Assembly (NCBI GenBank): GCA_965207375.1
Contig: OZ242274.1
Span: 1,280,001-1,344,000, forward strand
Reading direction: 5' to 3'
DNA: 64,000 bases
DNA from: Nitrosopumilaceae archaeon
GTDB taxonomy: Archaea > Thermoproteota > Nitrososphaeria > Nitrososphaerales > Nitrosopumilaceae
The notes under the pieces are model-generated. The model did no database searches. It was not told the DNA's origin and saw nothing but the letters and a program-made list of their open reading frames with translations. The stretch's first letter is position 1; each line of letters begins with the position of its first letter. Of this stretch, positions 1 through 10,462 are shown piece by piece. Made by a program: the position numbers and the translations under genes.

Positions 1-1873
1 CTTGAGCAACGGCTGAAGTTTGATTAACCTGTGGTACGTGTATTTCCTGTGGTATATTTTGTGTTGCATTTTGCTGTTGCTGCTGTTGCTGCTGTTGTTT
101 GAGTTGTTCAATTGCAGCCTCACGCTCTTGTAAGATATTTGCAATCTTGACCCATAATGGACTAGAGTATTTCTTTGTATTTGCCTGAGCCTCTGCTGCA
201 GTCATTGGATTGTCATGCTGTATCACTCCAAGTGCTGCAAGTGCTCTATTCCATCTGTCAACATGTTGGTGGCCGTGATGTACTTGACTTGCAAGGTACT
301 TTATATCTTCAATTAGTTCTGGGTCAGCTGTAGGTATTGGTACATCTTCTGGTACAACTACCGGTATATCTTGTGCGATATTTGATGTGTGATTAATCTG
401 TGGTACGTGTATTTCCTGTGGCTGTTGTTGTGGTGTACCTTGTTGCTTTGCCTTTTCATAACAAGTACCTAAAATGCAGAATTGTTCGTTTTGTGGCGGT
501 ACTGGTTGTGTTTGGTTTTGTTGCGGTGTATTTTGTGTTGCATTTTGTGGCTGCTGCTGCTGCTGTGAGCCTGCTGCATCCCTTGCAGCCTCTAATTTCT
601 TTAATTCTTCATATACCAAATTCCAAAATGGCACGTTACTATATTTTTCTACATTGGCTAGAGCCTCTTCTGCAGTCATTGGATTAGAGTGTTCTATTTC
701 TCCAAATGCTGCCAAAACTCTATTCCATAAATCAACGTGTTCTGCACCAAGATGCGTTTGTGCTGCCATTATCTTTGCACCGTCTATTACTGTAGGATCA
801 ATTTCAGGTATTGGACTATCTGGTATTGGTACGCCGGTTCTGATCATGTCAACGCCACCATCATCGTCCTGTACTAAGATTGTAAGACTGTGCCTAGAAC
901 CTATGTTGTAATCGGAGCTGGGACGTAACGTGACTGTGATGCTACCATCAGCTTCATCTATGTTATCATTTATTGTAAAAATCGTAAATGTTGCGGGCTC
1001 GCTTGCCAATATTGTATGATCCCCTTCTGGCGAGTGTGAATCTAGATAATCGCCGATTTGGGTAATGGTGTAATGTACTGGTAGGTTGGTAAAACTAGAA
1101 GGTGTAATCCCAATTGCTATTGAAGAGCTTTGACCCTCTATTCTGTTTAATTGGGCTGAGAAAATTTGTACTGTTGGAACTTCTCTTCCAAGATGAGCCT
1201 CCCAATAGTGTTGACTACCATGTTTTGTGTGACTTGGTGTGCTTGGGTGTAGCCACTCATAGAGGTATGGGTTATCTATAGTGCGTTGTACTATCGGTGA
1301 AACCATGACTAGGAGTGATTCACCAGCTACAACATTTCCTAGTTTTGTATTATATGAGGCACTACCTGATGTGTCTCTTGCATTGATTGTTATCTTTTTG
1401 TAAGTAAAAGGAAGGAAGGTAGGGTTGGTTCCCGAGTCCCTGTCGGCCGTGTTACCGTAGGTTGCAAATGTTTCAGTGTCACTGCTAGTGCCCCCGAGGG
1501 TGGCAGTATTGGAATTATTACATCTGCTTGTTGCACTTGGCTTGGCACTGTTAGATAAATTACAGTCATCAATTTGGACATAAAATTCTATTGTTCCATT
1601 TGCAGGCTCATCTAGAGTTACAGTTACTGTGAGGGGTTGGCCGTGAGTTGGATTGTTTAGTGTGACTGTTGCTCTGTTTATCTCCTTATCATCTGTATAA
1701 AATTGATCAGACATTTTATTGACTGGCTCAGGTATGGGGTCACAATGAGCCACTTTGGGTGTTCTTTCTGAGTAATAGCAAAATCCATGATCGGAGAATG
1801 CCTCTGGTGTCTGGAAACCAAGTAATAATGATATAGAAAATGCCACAATTATTGTATAATGTAATGTTTTCAC
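1..1873 (-). CDS. Secreted/surface protein (signal peptide, variable domain, Calx-beta-like domain, helical HVDRWNR repeats, poly-Gln linkers); runs off the left edge; paralog of 61574..63625
   Basis: Not in the ORF track. Manual translation from GTG at 1873 is open for 624 codons: MKTLHYTIIVAFSISLLLGFQTPEAFSDH...NDNIDEADGSITVTL...VQDDD...HVDLWNRVLAAFGEIEHSNPMTAEEA...HVDRWNRALAALG; colinear with the 683-aa ORF. Confidence 0.9.
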   Translation of the reverse strand, partial: MKTLHYTIIVAFSISLLLGFQTPEAFSDHGFCYYSERTPKVAHCDPIPEPVNKMSDQFYTDDKEINRATVTLNNPTHGQPLTVTVTLDEPANGTIEFYVQIDDCNLSNSAKPSATSRCNNSNTATLGGTSSDTETFATYGNTADRDSGTNPTFLPFTYKKITINARDTSGSASYNTKLGNVVAGESLLVMVSPIVQRTIDNPYLYEWLHPSTPSHTKHGSQHYWEAHLGREVPTVQIFSAQLNRIEGQSSSIAIGITPSSFTNLPVHYTITQIGDYLDSHSPEGDHTILASEPATFTIFTINDNIDEADGSITVTLRPSSDYNIGSRHSLTILVQDDDGGVDMIRTGVPIPDSPIPEIDPTVIDGAKIMAAQTHLGAEHVDLWNRVLAAFGEIEHSNPMTAEEALANVEKYSNVPFWNLVYEELKKLEAARDAAGSQQQQQPQNATQNTPQQNQTQPVPPQNEQFCILGTCYEKAKQQGTPQQQPQEIHVPQINHTSNIAQDIPVVVPEDVPIPTADPELIEDIKYLASQVHHGHQHVDRWNRALAALGVIQHDNPMTAAEAQANTKKYSSPLWVKIANILQEREAAIEQLKQQQQQQQQQNATQNIPQEIHVPQVNQTSAVAQ

Positions 1874-1882
1874 AAAATTAAC

Positions 1883-1900
1883 GGGGGGGGGGTTCTAAAA
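1883..1900 (-). promoter_or_regulatory. C10 homopolymer preceded by TTTTAGAA, 9 nt upstream of the GTG start
   Basis: G10 at 1883-1892 on the + strand; same motif at 63634-63651 in front of the paralog. Confidence 0.6.
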
Positions 1901-2131
1901 ATGTTGCGATTTGAATGGCATGTGTAAGATATTTGGGTTTAGCGTGTGGTAAAATTGTACGAGTCGTGTCTAATTGGATACCCCTCATTTTTGACATTTA
2001 ATTAGGACACACATCAACATGACTGCAAATCCTGATTTGAATCTATTTTACATCTTGAATCCGTGCAGCAATTGACCATTAGAATTTACCATACAAAAAT
2101 CAAATAGATGTGTTCTTTTTGCAAAATCACT

Positions 2132-3340
2132 TTAAAATCCACAAGACAGCGGCATTGAAGGCTTTATTATTTCCCGCATCACAATGGTGGCAAATGAACC
2201 ACGTGACAATGTAAAAGATACGATATTATCACAAGCATCAAAGTCTGTCACGCTGATTGCCGAGTTTCTAAATCCTCCCTCTCCGCTTGCCTCCTGAATT
2301 TCTTTTATGTAAAAATCCTTTGGAGTAATTTCCTGCTCTTTTAAAATTTTTGAAATGTAAAAATTAAACCGTGTTTTTTTGTAATACGAATAGCCTACTA
2401 TTGGAATTGCAAGTCTTTGATCTAGGCCATCTATGTGTTTGCCTAAAATACCTGCACCGTCATAACATACATCGCCATCCTGTGACTCAAAAAGCTGCTC
2501 ACCATAGTCAAAGGCTTTGCTAATTGTTAGATTAAACAAATATGATTGATACGCCTGAACATAAAATCTGCGCATCTGTACAGGCAACGCCCTGATTGCA
2601 CGCAACTCGTCTCCGTGTTCTATTAGCTCAGCAATTACTGTGCGTTCTAGGTCCATCTGCGGTGGAATCGATTCATAGACTCTTTTGTAATTTGAAGGAT
2701 CAGACATTTCTGTGCGAATCTTTGTATTCTCATCAGAGTCATATTTTGATACATAGGACAACAGATAATGTATGGCATCAGAGTATCGTTTCTGTACTAG
2801 TGCCTTGCCTATCAGATGTGTTACGGGCCTAGATGATCCAAACCTTTGATATCCGTAAAAATTTAAAATTCTTTGATACTCAAAGTCTTCAAATCCTGCG
2901 TCATTATCTGATATTTTAATTGTAAATCTGTTTCCAATCATGTTTTTTTTGGACAGTGGTTTTTTTGTATATCCTAGACGCTTTAAGCTATATTTGCCAG
3001 ATTCGAATTTTTCAATTCCCTTTGATCTGCTAGTCGAATACACAAATTGTGTTGTTACTGCATTTGAATCCTTTAGTCCCAAAGAAAAAAGACGCAATCC
3101 TGTTTTTTTAAATATGCTAGACAGGGCATGGTTTGTATCAATGCGGGTTTTTCTTAGAGAATACACTGGATATCCTTTTGTTTCTTTTATTGCAGATTCT
3201 GACTTTGGTGAGAGTACCTCCTCAACTAGAAAATCCTTTGGTCTTTTACGAATTCTACCGCCACATCCTGCAAAGCCTGTACTGTAACAAAGGATTCCAA
3301 CATCAGAATCAATCTCAGATACGGTCATGTGACTAGCCAA
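2132..3340 (-). CDS. truD: tRNA pseudouridine(13) synthase
   Basis: DFLVEE, GLKDSNAVTTQ, NFYGYQRFG, GSFATIVMREI motifs. Confidence 0.95.
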   Translation of the reverse strand: MASHMTVSEIDSDVGILCYSTGFAGCGGRIRKRPKDFLVEEVLSPKSESAIKETKGYPVYSLRKTRIDTNHALSSIFKKTGLRLFSLGLKDSNAVTTQFVYSTSRSKGIEKFESGKYSLKRLGYTKKPLSKKNMIGNRFTIKISDNDAGFEDFEYQRILNFYGYQRFGSSRPVTHLIGKALVQKRYSDAIHYLLSYVSKYDSDENTKIRTEMSDPSNYKRVYESIPPQMDLERTVIAELIEHGDELRAIRALPVQMRRFYVQAYQSYLFNLTISKAFDYGEQLFESQDGDVCYDGAGILGKHIDGLDQRLAIPIVGYSYYKKTRFNFYISKILKEQEITPKDFYIKEIQEASGEGGFRNSAISVTDFDACDNIVSFTLSRGSFATIVMREIIKPSMPLSCGF

Positions 3341-4910
3341 TAACTAGGGTAAAGAATTCAGAGACTGCAATGTCTGCTGTCTGAGCCCCCAGTAATACCT
3401 TGTAGGTGCCAGGAGACAGTGATTCAGAGACTGAAACCCTGAATGGAATTGTCTTGGTTTGCCCCTCTGAAAGATGTATCGTTGAAACATCTGATTCTAT
3501 CAAAATTAAATCAGCTGCAACGCTGTTAGAAATAACATCAAAGGTGCCCTCTTTATTTGCAGTAACTTTTAGTGTGACAAAAGTGCTTTCTTCATAAAAC
3601 ACCTTCTCAGAATCTATAGCAACGTCCATTGTAGGTGTAATTGATGTATCTACGACACCTATATTGTTGGCAGCCCACTCTGTAAACCAAATCTTGTCAT
3701 CTACTATGGTAAAATCAAATGATTGGGCAATACCGCAATTGGTAGCCAAAACACAGTCTGCCCATGTGGGATTTTTTGTAGGTATTGTATATTCTACAAG
3801 TTTTTGAGTCTGCGGATCAAATGTAGCTATGCGATTTGCAGTCTGCTCGTTGAACACTATTTGCCCGTCAGGTGCCAATCCCATCCAGTATGGTCTTGAG
3901 AGTGGAGTGGTTTTTATCAGTCCTGTCTGATTTCCATATGCAAATTCTGGTACGGGAGAAGTTATGTATCGTGTAAATACCTCAGTTGTAGGATCAAAAC
4001 TGTAAAAGTGCGATGTGGCAGTATCTGCCATCCATACGGTATTAAAATTATCTAATATGATGCCATTTATTGCAACAGCATGTGGCGGTAATCTAAAGGC
4101 ATCAACATATTTTGCAAATTCTATATCCTCTGGACTTTGAGAGTATGCCAATATGTATTGGTCTTGTGCCAATTTGACAAGTGCGCCTTCTCCCTCTGGA
4201 GTCCAGTTGGTATACCAGATGTTTGATTCTGCATCTTGGGCAAACCCTGCAGTTGCAGAACCATCAAGCGGCGATGGAATGATAACAGGTGGCTGATCAG
4301 ATCCGCTTGCATCTAAAATTACAAGTTTGTTGCCGATAAAATCATTGACAATGATTTGAGCACCTACAACGCTTAGTCTTTGCGGTAATGCGTCACCTTG
4401 GGAGGGGAAATTAAATCGTTGATATTGTTCATCGGCAATTGAAAATTGCCATATAGAGTCATGTGCCTCATCTGAATACCAGACAGAATCATCAGAGGAA
4501 TAATCCATGCCCCAAACCATGGAACGTGCACCCTCAGGCCATGCCTGATTTTCAAACTCCCTAAATGCCCTTGTATTTGGATCAAACTTTGCCACATTGC
4601 CTGTGTTTGTTTGTATAAACCAAATATTGCCCTGAGAATCTGAGGTAATGGCAAGTGGCTGGGTACACTCTGTAGGAATTGAATATTCGGTCACATAATG
4701 ATTATACCCTGCAATGCCGTCTCCACAAAACTGTGCCCTCTGCTGATCTGGAAAATTCTCTGCAGGTGTTCCTGTTTTGGTGGACTCCATTGATCCGTTC
4801 TCAGGCGCAATGCCTGGAATTGCAATAACGACACCAGATGTTACCATTATACCTCCTAAAAATAAAAAAGCCAAAATTCCTTTGGTACGTTTTTTCACAA
4901 AATTGGTCAT
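3333..4910 (-). CDS. Membrane-anchored/secreted beta-propeller (Vgb lyase-like fold)
   Basis: N-terminal hydrophobic segment; repeated P..I..D..GNIWF / IA.FDP blades. Confidence 0.75.
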   Translation of the reverse strand: MTNFVKKRTKGILAFLFLGGIMVTSGVVIAIPGIAPENGSMESTKTGTPAENFPDQQRAQFCGDGIAGYNHYVTEYSIPTECTQPLAITSDSQGNIWFIQTNTGNVAKFDPNTRAFREFENQAWPEGARSMVWGMDYSSDDSVWYSDEAHDSIWQFSIADEQYQRFNFPSQGDALPQRLSVVGAQIIVNDFIGNKLVILDASGSDQPPVIIPSPLDGSATAGFAQDAESNIWYTNWTPEGEGALVKLAQDQYILAYSQSPEDIEFAKYVDAFRLPPHAVAINGIILDNFNTVWMADTATSHFYSFDPTTEVFTRYITSPVPEFAYGNQTGLIKTTPLSRPYWMGLAPDGQIVFNEQTANRIATFDPQTQKLVEYTIPTKNPTWADCVLATNCGIAQSFDFTIVDDKIWFTEWAANNIGVVDTSITPTMDVAIDSEKVFYEESTFVTLKVTANKEGTFDVISNSVAADLILIESDVSTIHLSEGQTKTIPFRVSVSESLSPGTYKVLLGAQTADIAVSEFFTLVIG

Positions 4911-4929
4911 TTTGTGTTGTTAATATCTC

Positions 4930-5286
4930 TTATAGAAGCTTTAGTTTGCCTGTTATCTTGTCAATTAAATTTTCAGGTGCAGGTCCTACTGAGATGCAAG
5001 TTATTGTACCTGGTGCAATTTGTGTGCGTCCTGCATCTGCAACCTCAGACCATGGAAGGCCCAGATCAATTGCCCCATGCTTGATGTCTTGCAGGTCTTT
5101 AATACCTGAAACTTTGAGAACCACCTTTTGCTGACCTGTGCGCTGCCATGCATCAAACCAATCAGGATGGGATTTTCTTACGTGCTCTGCACCCAAAACG
5201 CATGCATGACCTGTCTGGGCTGCAATCTTTCCTTTACCCATGCCCAAGTCGACTCTAACTATGACTACCTGCTTGATCTCATCCAT
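4930..5286 (-). CDS. pth2: Peptidyl-tRNA hydrolase Pth2
   Basis: KQVVIVRVDLGMGKGKIAAQTGHA, DAGRTQIAPG, ITGKLKLL; start moved to ATG 5286. Confidence 0.95.
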   Translation of the reverse strand: MDEIKQVVIVRVDLGMGKGKIAAQTGHACVLGAEHVRKSHPDWFDAWQRTGQQKVVLKVSGIKDLQDIKHGAIDLGLPWSEVADAGRTQIAPGTITCISVGPAPENLIDKITGKLKLL

Positions 5287-5376
5287 ACAATTTACCAAAA
5301 CATGCTTTAAGAAAAACCTTGACAATAAACTGCATTAATTGTAGACTAAAATAATGACACATGATTTGAAAATATA

Positions 5377-6510
5377 ATGTATGATGTAATTGTGGCAGGA
5401 GGCAGTATTGCGGGCCTTTTGTGTGCAAGACAAATTGCTGATGGTGGCTTTTCTGTGCTTGTCTTGGAAAAAGATTATGAAATAGGTACTCCAGAACACT
5501 GTAGCGGATTGGTAAGCAGTACGGGACTAGGCGACTTGGGAATAATTCCGTCACAGAAAACCCTTGAACACATTGTTGCATCTGCACAAATTTTCGCACC
5601 AAATGGCAAATCAATAACAATAGATACAAAAAGACAAAAAATAGTAGAGCTAAACAGGCGAGAACTAGACAAGCAGGCAGCATACCAGGCACAAAAAAAT
5701 GGTGCACAAATAAGAGTAAAAACCCCTGTTTTAGATTTTCAGTCAGGCGAGGTAAGAACAAAGAATGAAACAATACAATGCAAGATATCAGTCGATGCAA
5801 GAGGAGTAGCATCGCTGATGCAAAAATACAAAGAGGCAGTGATGTCATCAGCACAGTACGAAGTCTATGCAGACTGGCTAGTCAAAGACCGGATTCAGAT
5901 ATACTTTGATCAGCAAAAGTATCCTGGTTTTTTTGCCTGGATAATACCGTCTGCACATGGTAAGGGCAAAGTAGGCGTAGCAGGAAGAGCAATAAATCCT
6001 GCAGATACCCTGGATGCATTTTTAAAAAACAGGGGTGCATATTCTGTAATTAGAAAAATATTTGCACCCATCTGGACTGGGGGGCCGATTAAAAATTTTG
6101 TTCAAAACAATGCAGTAATAGTAGGAGATGCTGCCGGACAGACAAAGCCTACTACTGCGGGGGGAATATACACTGCAGGAATGGGGGGAATAATGGCAGG
6201 AAATGCAATAGTACAGTATCTGAAAACCTGTGATGCTACAAAACTGACTACATACCAGACACAGTGGACTACAAAGTTTGGAGCAGAATTTGAAAAACAA
6301 TCCCTTGCAAGAAAAATTTTAGAAAAAATAAACAATGACACACTTGACAAAATTTTTAGCGCAATTACTCCAGAAACTGTTTTAGAGATTTCTAAAAAAG
6401 ATGACTTTGACTTTCATGCAAGTTCAATTGTAAAATTGCTAGGAATCAAGGGTTCTCTGAAAACTGCACAAGCATTGCTTGGTGGCGAAATAAAAAAACT
6501 GTTAAAATGA
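5377..6510 (+). CDS. Geranylgeranyl reductase family FAD oxidoreductase
   Basis: DVIVAGGSIAG FAD motif, PEHCSG, FFAWIIP, VGDAAGQTKPTTAGGI. Confidence 0.85.
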   Translation: MYDVIVAGGSIAGLLCARQIADGGFSVLVLEKDYEIGTPEHCSGLVSSTGLGDLGIIPSQKTLEHIVASAQIFAPNGKSITIDTKRQKIVELNRRELDKQAAYQAQKNGAQIRVKTPVLDFQSGEVRTKNETIQCKISVDARGVASLMQKYKEAVMSSAQYEVYADWLVKDRIQIYFDQQKYPGFFAWIIPSAHGKGKVGVAGRAINPADTLDAFLKNRGAYSVIRKIFAPIWTGGPIKNFVQNNAVIVGDAAGQTKPTTAGGIYTAGMGGIMAGNAIVQYLKTCDATKLTTYQTQWTTKFGAEFEKQSLARKILEKINNDTLDKIFSAITPETVLEISKKDDFDFHASSIVKLLGIKGSLKTAQALLGGEIKKLLK

Positions 6511-6550
6511 AATAAGCAAGGCATAAATACGGTAATCCGAAGATCGGTTC

Positions 6551-6727
6551 ATGTCTACAATATCACTGCCCATTTGTAGCTGTTGTCACCGACACATTAT
6601 GCCAAATGACAAGTGTGTAAAGTTTGACTGTCCTGAATGTGGCTCGGTTCTAATTTGGAGATGTGAAAGCTGTAGAGAATCATCAAGGGAATTTGTCTGT
6701 CCATCGTGCAAATTCCAGGGGCCCTGA
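6551..6727 (+). CDS. Small Zn-ribbon protein (DUF1610 / HVO_2753-like)
   Basis: Missed by the track: [58 protein letters not shown]; four CxxC motifs, usual position upstream of EF-1beta. Confidence 0.9.
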   Translation: MSTISLPICSCCHRHIMPNDKCVKFDCPECGSVLIWRCESCRESSREFVCPSCKFQGP

Positions 6728-6731
6728 GAAA

Positions 6732-7013
6732 ATGGCGCAATTACTACTTGTATGCAAGGTATTGCCTGAAGGAACAGAGGTAAACGTTGATGAGCTGCCA
6801 GACAAGATTGCAGCCAAATTACCACAAGGCATCAAAAAAAGAAATCATCAAAAGGAGCCATTGGCATTTGGATTATTTTTCTTAAAAATAGAGTTTATCA
6901 TGGAGGATGCAGGCGGATTTTTGGAAAAATTAGAAAAAGCCGTTCGCTCAACTCCGGGAGTCAGCGAGTTTGAGGTTTTACAGCAAAGCCGTATGTCAGT
7001 TGACATGAAATAG
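6732..7013 (+). CDS. ef1b: Archaeal elongation factor 1-beta
   Basis: KVLPEG, EPLAFGL motifs; ATG at 6732 avoids overlap with the upstream gene. Confidence 0.92.
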   Translation: MAQLLLVCKVLPEGTEVNVDELPDKIAAKLPQGIKKRNHQKEPLAFGLFFLKIEFIMEDAGGFLEKLEKAVRSTPGVSEFEVLQQSRMSVDMK

Positions 7014-7021
7014 GTGATTTT

Positions 7022-9187
7022 TTGGCCCACAATGAGCTGCCCTTGCAAGTGCGTGTAGGTGAGGCAAAGCAGCGTGACATTGGAAAAAAGCGCGCCCGCA
7101 TAGGACCTGATGCAATGGACTATCTCGGTGTCACGCCTGGTGATATCATTGAGATTAAGGGTGAGAAGACAAGCAGTGCGGTGGTGTGGCCTGCTGATGA
7201 GGATGAAAAGCATCAGGACCTGATGAGAATTGATGGTCAAACCAGAAAAAACATTGGTGCTACACTAGATGACCTTGTCAAAATTCACAAGACTATATCC
7301 AAAGTGGCAAAATCAATCACGTTGATGCCTGTAAATGATTCTGTAACTGTGGATAAAGAATTTACTGATTTTGTCAAAAACCGATTAAAGGGAATGCCAC
7401 TGTCTCAGGGAGATGAGATTTCAGTCATGATTTTGGGAAATTCAATGGATTTTAAGATTAACAAGTCAAATCCAAAATCAATTGTAAAAATTGATCGTAC
7501 CACAACACTTGTAATTTCAACTGAATCAATAGATCGAAAGCCAAGGGTAACTTATGAGGAGGTAGGTGGTCTACAGACAGAAATCAAGGCAATGCGGGAG
7601 ATTGTCGAGCTGCCACTGCGTCACCCTGAACTGTTTAACCGATTAGGAGTTGAGGCACACAGTGGAATACTGCTGTATGGGCCACCGGGATGCGGCAAGA
7701 CGTTGATTGCCAAGGTGCTAGCAAGTGAATCTGAGGCCAACATGTATTTGATTAATGGTCCTGAAATTATGAACAAGTATTACGGGGAAACAGAAGCAAA
7801 ACTACGCGACATATTCAAGGATGCAAAAGACAACTCTCCTAGTATTGTATTCATTGATGAAATTGATGCAATAGCGCCAAAACGAGAGGAGGTATATGGG
7901 GACGTTGAAAAAAGAGTTGTTGCACAAATGCTTGCACTAATGGATGGATTAACAGATAGGGGAAACGTGATTGTTTTGGGTGCCACAAACAGACCAGACA
8001 GTGTGGATCCTGCCCTTAGACGACCGGGTCGTTTTGATAGGGAGTTTGAAATTTCTGTTCCAAACGAGGATGGCAGATACGAAGTTCTTTTGATTCATAC
8101 ACGGGGTATGCCCATTGCAAAAGGAATAGACATAAAGGATTTGGCATCAGAACTGCACGGATATACGGGTGCAGACATAAAGTCACTTTGTAGAGAGGCT
8201 GCAATGAAGGCAATTAGGAGGTACCTGCCTGCAATTGATTTGGAAACTGAACAAATTCCATCTGAGGTCTTACAATCAATGGAGATCAAACTGATTGACT
8301 TTTACGAGGCAATGCATGAGGTCGTGCCAACTGCCATGCGAGAATTTTACGTTGAAAGACCAAAGGTTTGGTGGAATGATGTAGGCGGATTAGATGACAT
8401 CAAAAAGGCACTTCGAGATAATTTACTGCTTGCAATGCGTGAGCCTGAAAAATTTGGCAAGATGGGAATCCGTCCTCCTAGGGGGGCCTTGATTTATGGT
8501 CCGCCCGGATGTGGCAAGACCATACTAGCAAGGGCTCTTGCCACAGAAAGCGGGGCAAACATGATTCTGGTACGTGGCTCTGAAATACTCTCAAAATGGG
8601 TAGGAGAATCCGAAAAGGCAGTAAGGGAGATCTTTAGAAAAGCAAAGGCCTCATCGCCTTGCGTGATTATCTTTGATGAAATGGATTCGCTTGCACGATA
8701 CAAGTCTGATGAGGGTGGCGTTGGAGACAATATTTTGAGTCAGCTGTTAACTGAGATGGAGGATACCATGACATCTCGAGTGGTGATTCTTGGAATCACA
8801 AACAGGCCTGATTTGTTAAACAACTCGTTGCTTAGAACCGGAAGGCTGGATCTAGCACTGTATGTGATGCCGCCTGATGAAAAGGGCAGACTGGAAATCA
8901 TCAAAATTCTTACAAAAAAGATGCCACTTGAGGATGATGTCAATCTTCAAGAGATAGCCCTTGTAACTAAAAATTATACTGGTGCGGATCTAGCAGCACT
9001 GTGTAGGGAGGCTGCAGTTTTTGCCATGCAAAACAAATCAGAAAAGATAACTAGTGCAAGCTTTGATGCAGGATTAAAGAACGTGCGCCCCTCAATTACT
9101 CAGGATGTAGACAAATGGTACGACACCATAAAAGAAGGTATATCTAATGTCATACCAAAAACAATAGACAAGGCGTTTTATGGTTAA
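7022..9187 (+). CDS. cdc48: CDC48/VCP family AAA ATPase
   Basis: N-domain plus two AAA modules (GPPGCGKT twice, [20 protein letters not shown]). Confidence 0.95.
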   Translation: MAHNELPLQVRVGEAKQRDIGKKRARIGPDAMDYLGVTPGDIIEIKGEKTSSAVVWPADEDEKHQDLMRIDGQTRKNIGATLDDLVKIHKTISKVAKSITLMPVNDSVTVDKEFTDFVKNRLKGMPLSQGDEISVMILGNSMDFKINKSNPKSIVKIDRTTTLVISTESIDRKPRVTYEEVGGLQTEIKAMREIVELPLRHPELFNRLGVEAHSGILLYGPPGCGKTLIAKVLASESEANMYLINGPEIMNKYYGETEAKLRDIFKDAKDNSPSIVFIDEIDAIAPKREEVYGDVEKRVVAQMLALMDGLTDRGNVIVLGATNRPDSVDPALRRPGRFDREFEISVPNEDGRYEVLLIHTRGMPIAKGIDIKDLASELHGYTGADIKSLCREAAMKAIRRYLPAIDLETEQIPSEVLQSMEIKLIDFYEAMHEVVPTAMREFYVERPKVWWNDVGGLDDIKKALRDNLLLAMREPEKFGKMGIRPPRGALIYGPPGCGKTILARALATESGANMILVRGSEILSKWVGESEKAVREIFRKAKASSPCVIIFDEMDSLARYKSDEGGVGDNILSQLLTEMEDTMTSRVVILGITNRPDLLNNSLLRTGRLDLALYVMPPDEKGRLEIIKILTKKMPLEDDVNLQEIALVTKNYTGADLAALCREAAVFAMQNKSEKITSASFDAGLKNVRPSITQDVDKWYDTIKEGISNVIPKTIDKAFYG

Positions 9188-9485
9188 AATGGCAATTCCA
9201 ATAAGAAACCAGGTATATGACAAAATCCAGACGGCAGGGTCGCTAACAGATACTGAGCTATCAAAGGCACTAGTCAAAGATGACATTGACATACAAGAAG
9301 ACAGATTCAACAAGATTCTTTTGGATTTGGAAATTTTGGGTCTAGTTTATGTCACTTGGATTACAAAGGATACAAGGCGTATCGAGGTTGCAAAACAGAC
9401 CAAAGAAAAAGATGATGTTGAAGAGCAAAACAAACAGATGTTGGAAAAAGAATACGAGGCAAGCTTTCCTGGTGCAGACGACTAG
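9180..9485 (+). CDS. Conserved hypothetical wHTH-like protein
   Basis: Overlaps cdc48 stop; FNKILLDLEILGLVYVTW helix-wing pattern. Confidence 0.75.
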   Translation: MVKMAIPIRNQVYDKIQTAGSLTDTELSKALVKDDIDIQEDRFNKILLDLEILGLVYVTWITKDTRRIEVAKQTKEKDDVEEQNKQMLEKEYEASFPGADD

Positions 9486-10375
9486 GGTCTTATGTGAAAT
9501 GCAGCATCAAGTGCTATTGCAAGAAAAATTATGGTAAGATAGGGGGCAGTGACCTTGTATGCCTTCCATGCAAAGTCTGAGGTCGGAGTCTTGGTTAACC
9601 TGTAATGATATACAAGCATCAGGCCACCTGAGACTGTAGCAATTACAACATAGACTAGTCCCATTCCAAATGCGTAAAGCATCAATGAGAACGGAAGCAA
9701 AATTATAGTGTTTGCCAAAATATATTTTGATGTTTTTTGCATTCCTATAACTACTGGCAGCATGGGAACATTTGCTTGGGCGTATTCGTCTTTGATTTTC
9801 ATGGCAAGACACCAAAAATGCGACGGCGTCCATACAAACACCAAAAATCCGACTAGAAAACCAAGCAGGTCAAGCGTGCCAGTAGCTGCTGCCCATCCTG
9901 CCCAGGATGCTGCACTTCCTGCAATTCCGCCAATGACAATATTTGATGTGTTGAGTCGCTTTAGCCATGCAGTATAAATTATTACATAGGAAAAAATTCC
10001 TAGTGCTATAAAAAATGCAGATGCTGCATTAATTGTAAAATATCCATATGCCACTGAAATCATACTTACTGCTAGGCCGTATGTCAATACACTCTTGGCT
10101 GACATTCTGCCAGAAGGTATCGGCCTGTTGCTAGTTCTTTTCATTTTAGGATCAATGTCTTTGTCATAATAGTGATTCAGAGCACTAGAGCCTGCCGAAG
10201 CTAGTGCGCCTGCTATTATAATATGTAAATATGCCCAATAATCTAGATGGATGGCCCCTTCACCAAGTTTGCTTGCTGCATACATTGAGGTAACTGCAGT
10301 AATAACTAGCAGAACAACGATTCTAGGTTTTGATATTTCAAGTATTTCCTTTAGTCCCAATCCTCTTCTTGACAT
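9482..10375 (-). CDS. cyoE: Protoheme IX farnesyltransferase (UbiA family)
   Basis: NHYYDKDIDPKMKRTSNRPIPSG, YTAWLKR, WTPSHFW, DEYAQANVPMLPV. Confidence 0.93.
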   Translation of the reverse strand: MSRRGLGLKEILEISKPRIVVLLVITAVTSMYAASKLGEGAIHLDYWAYLHIIIAGALASAGSSALNHYYDKDIDPKMKRTSNRPIPSGRMSAKSVLTYGLAVSMISVAYGYFTINAASAFFIALGIFSYVIIYTAWLKRLNTSNIVIGGIAGSAASWAGWAAATGTLDLLGFLVGFLVFVWTPSHFWCLAMKIKDEYAQANVPMLPVVIGMQKTSKYILANTIILLPFSLMLYAFGMGLVYVVIATVSGGLMLVYHYRLTKTPTSDFAWKAYKVTAPYLTIIFLAIALDAAFHIRP

Positions 10376-10462
10376 GTGCTAGGGCATTTAATTTATTCGA
10401 CACTGCCGATCCCATGTACTTTCAAAAGGATTAAGTATATCACATCAAGAATCAAGGCGTAA

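Noticed and set aside
400-911. Plus-strand ORFs, including a Cys-rich 145-aa ORF
   Set aside because: Antisense shadows of the poly-Gln surface protein gene on the minus strand
3333-4910. Streptogramin resistance (Vgb)
   Set aside because: Only the propeller fold is supported; the protein is membrane-anchored and sits among housekeeping genes
6663-6731. N-terminal extension of EF-1beta (likewise extended starts of DPCK, nadA, mre11, TPR gene)
   Set aside because: Longest-ORF artefacts overlapping upstream genes or promoters
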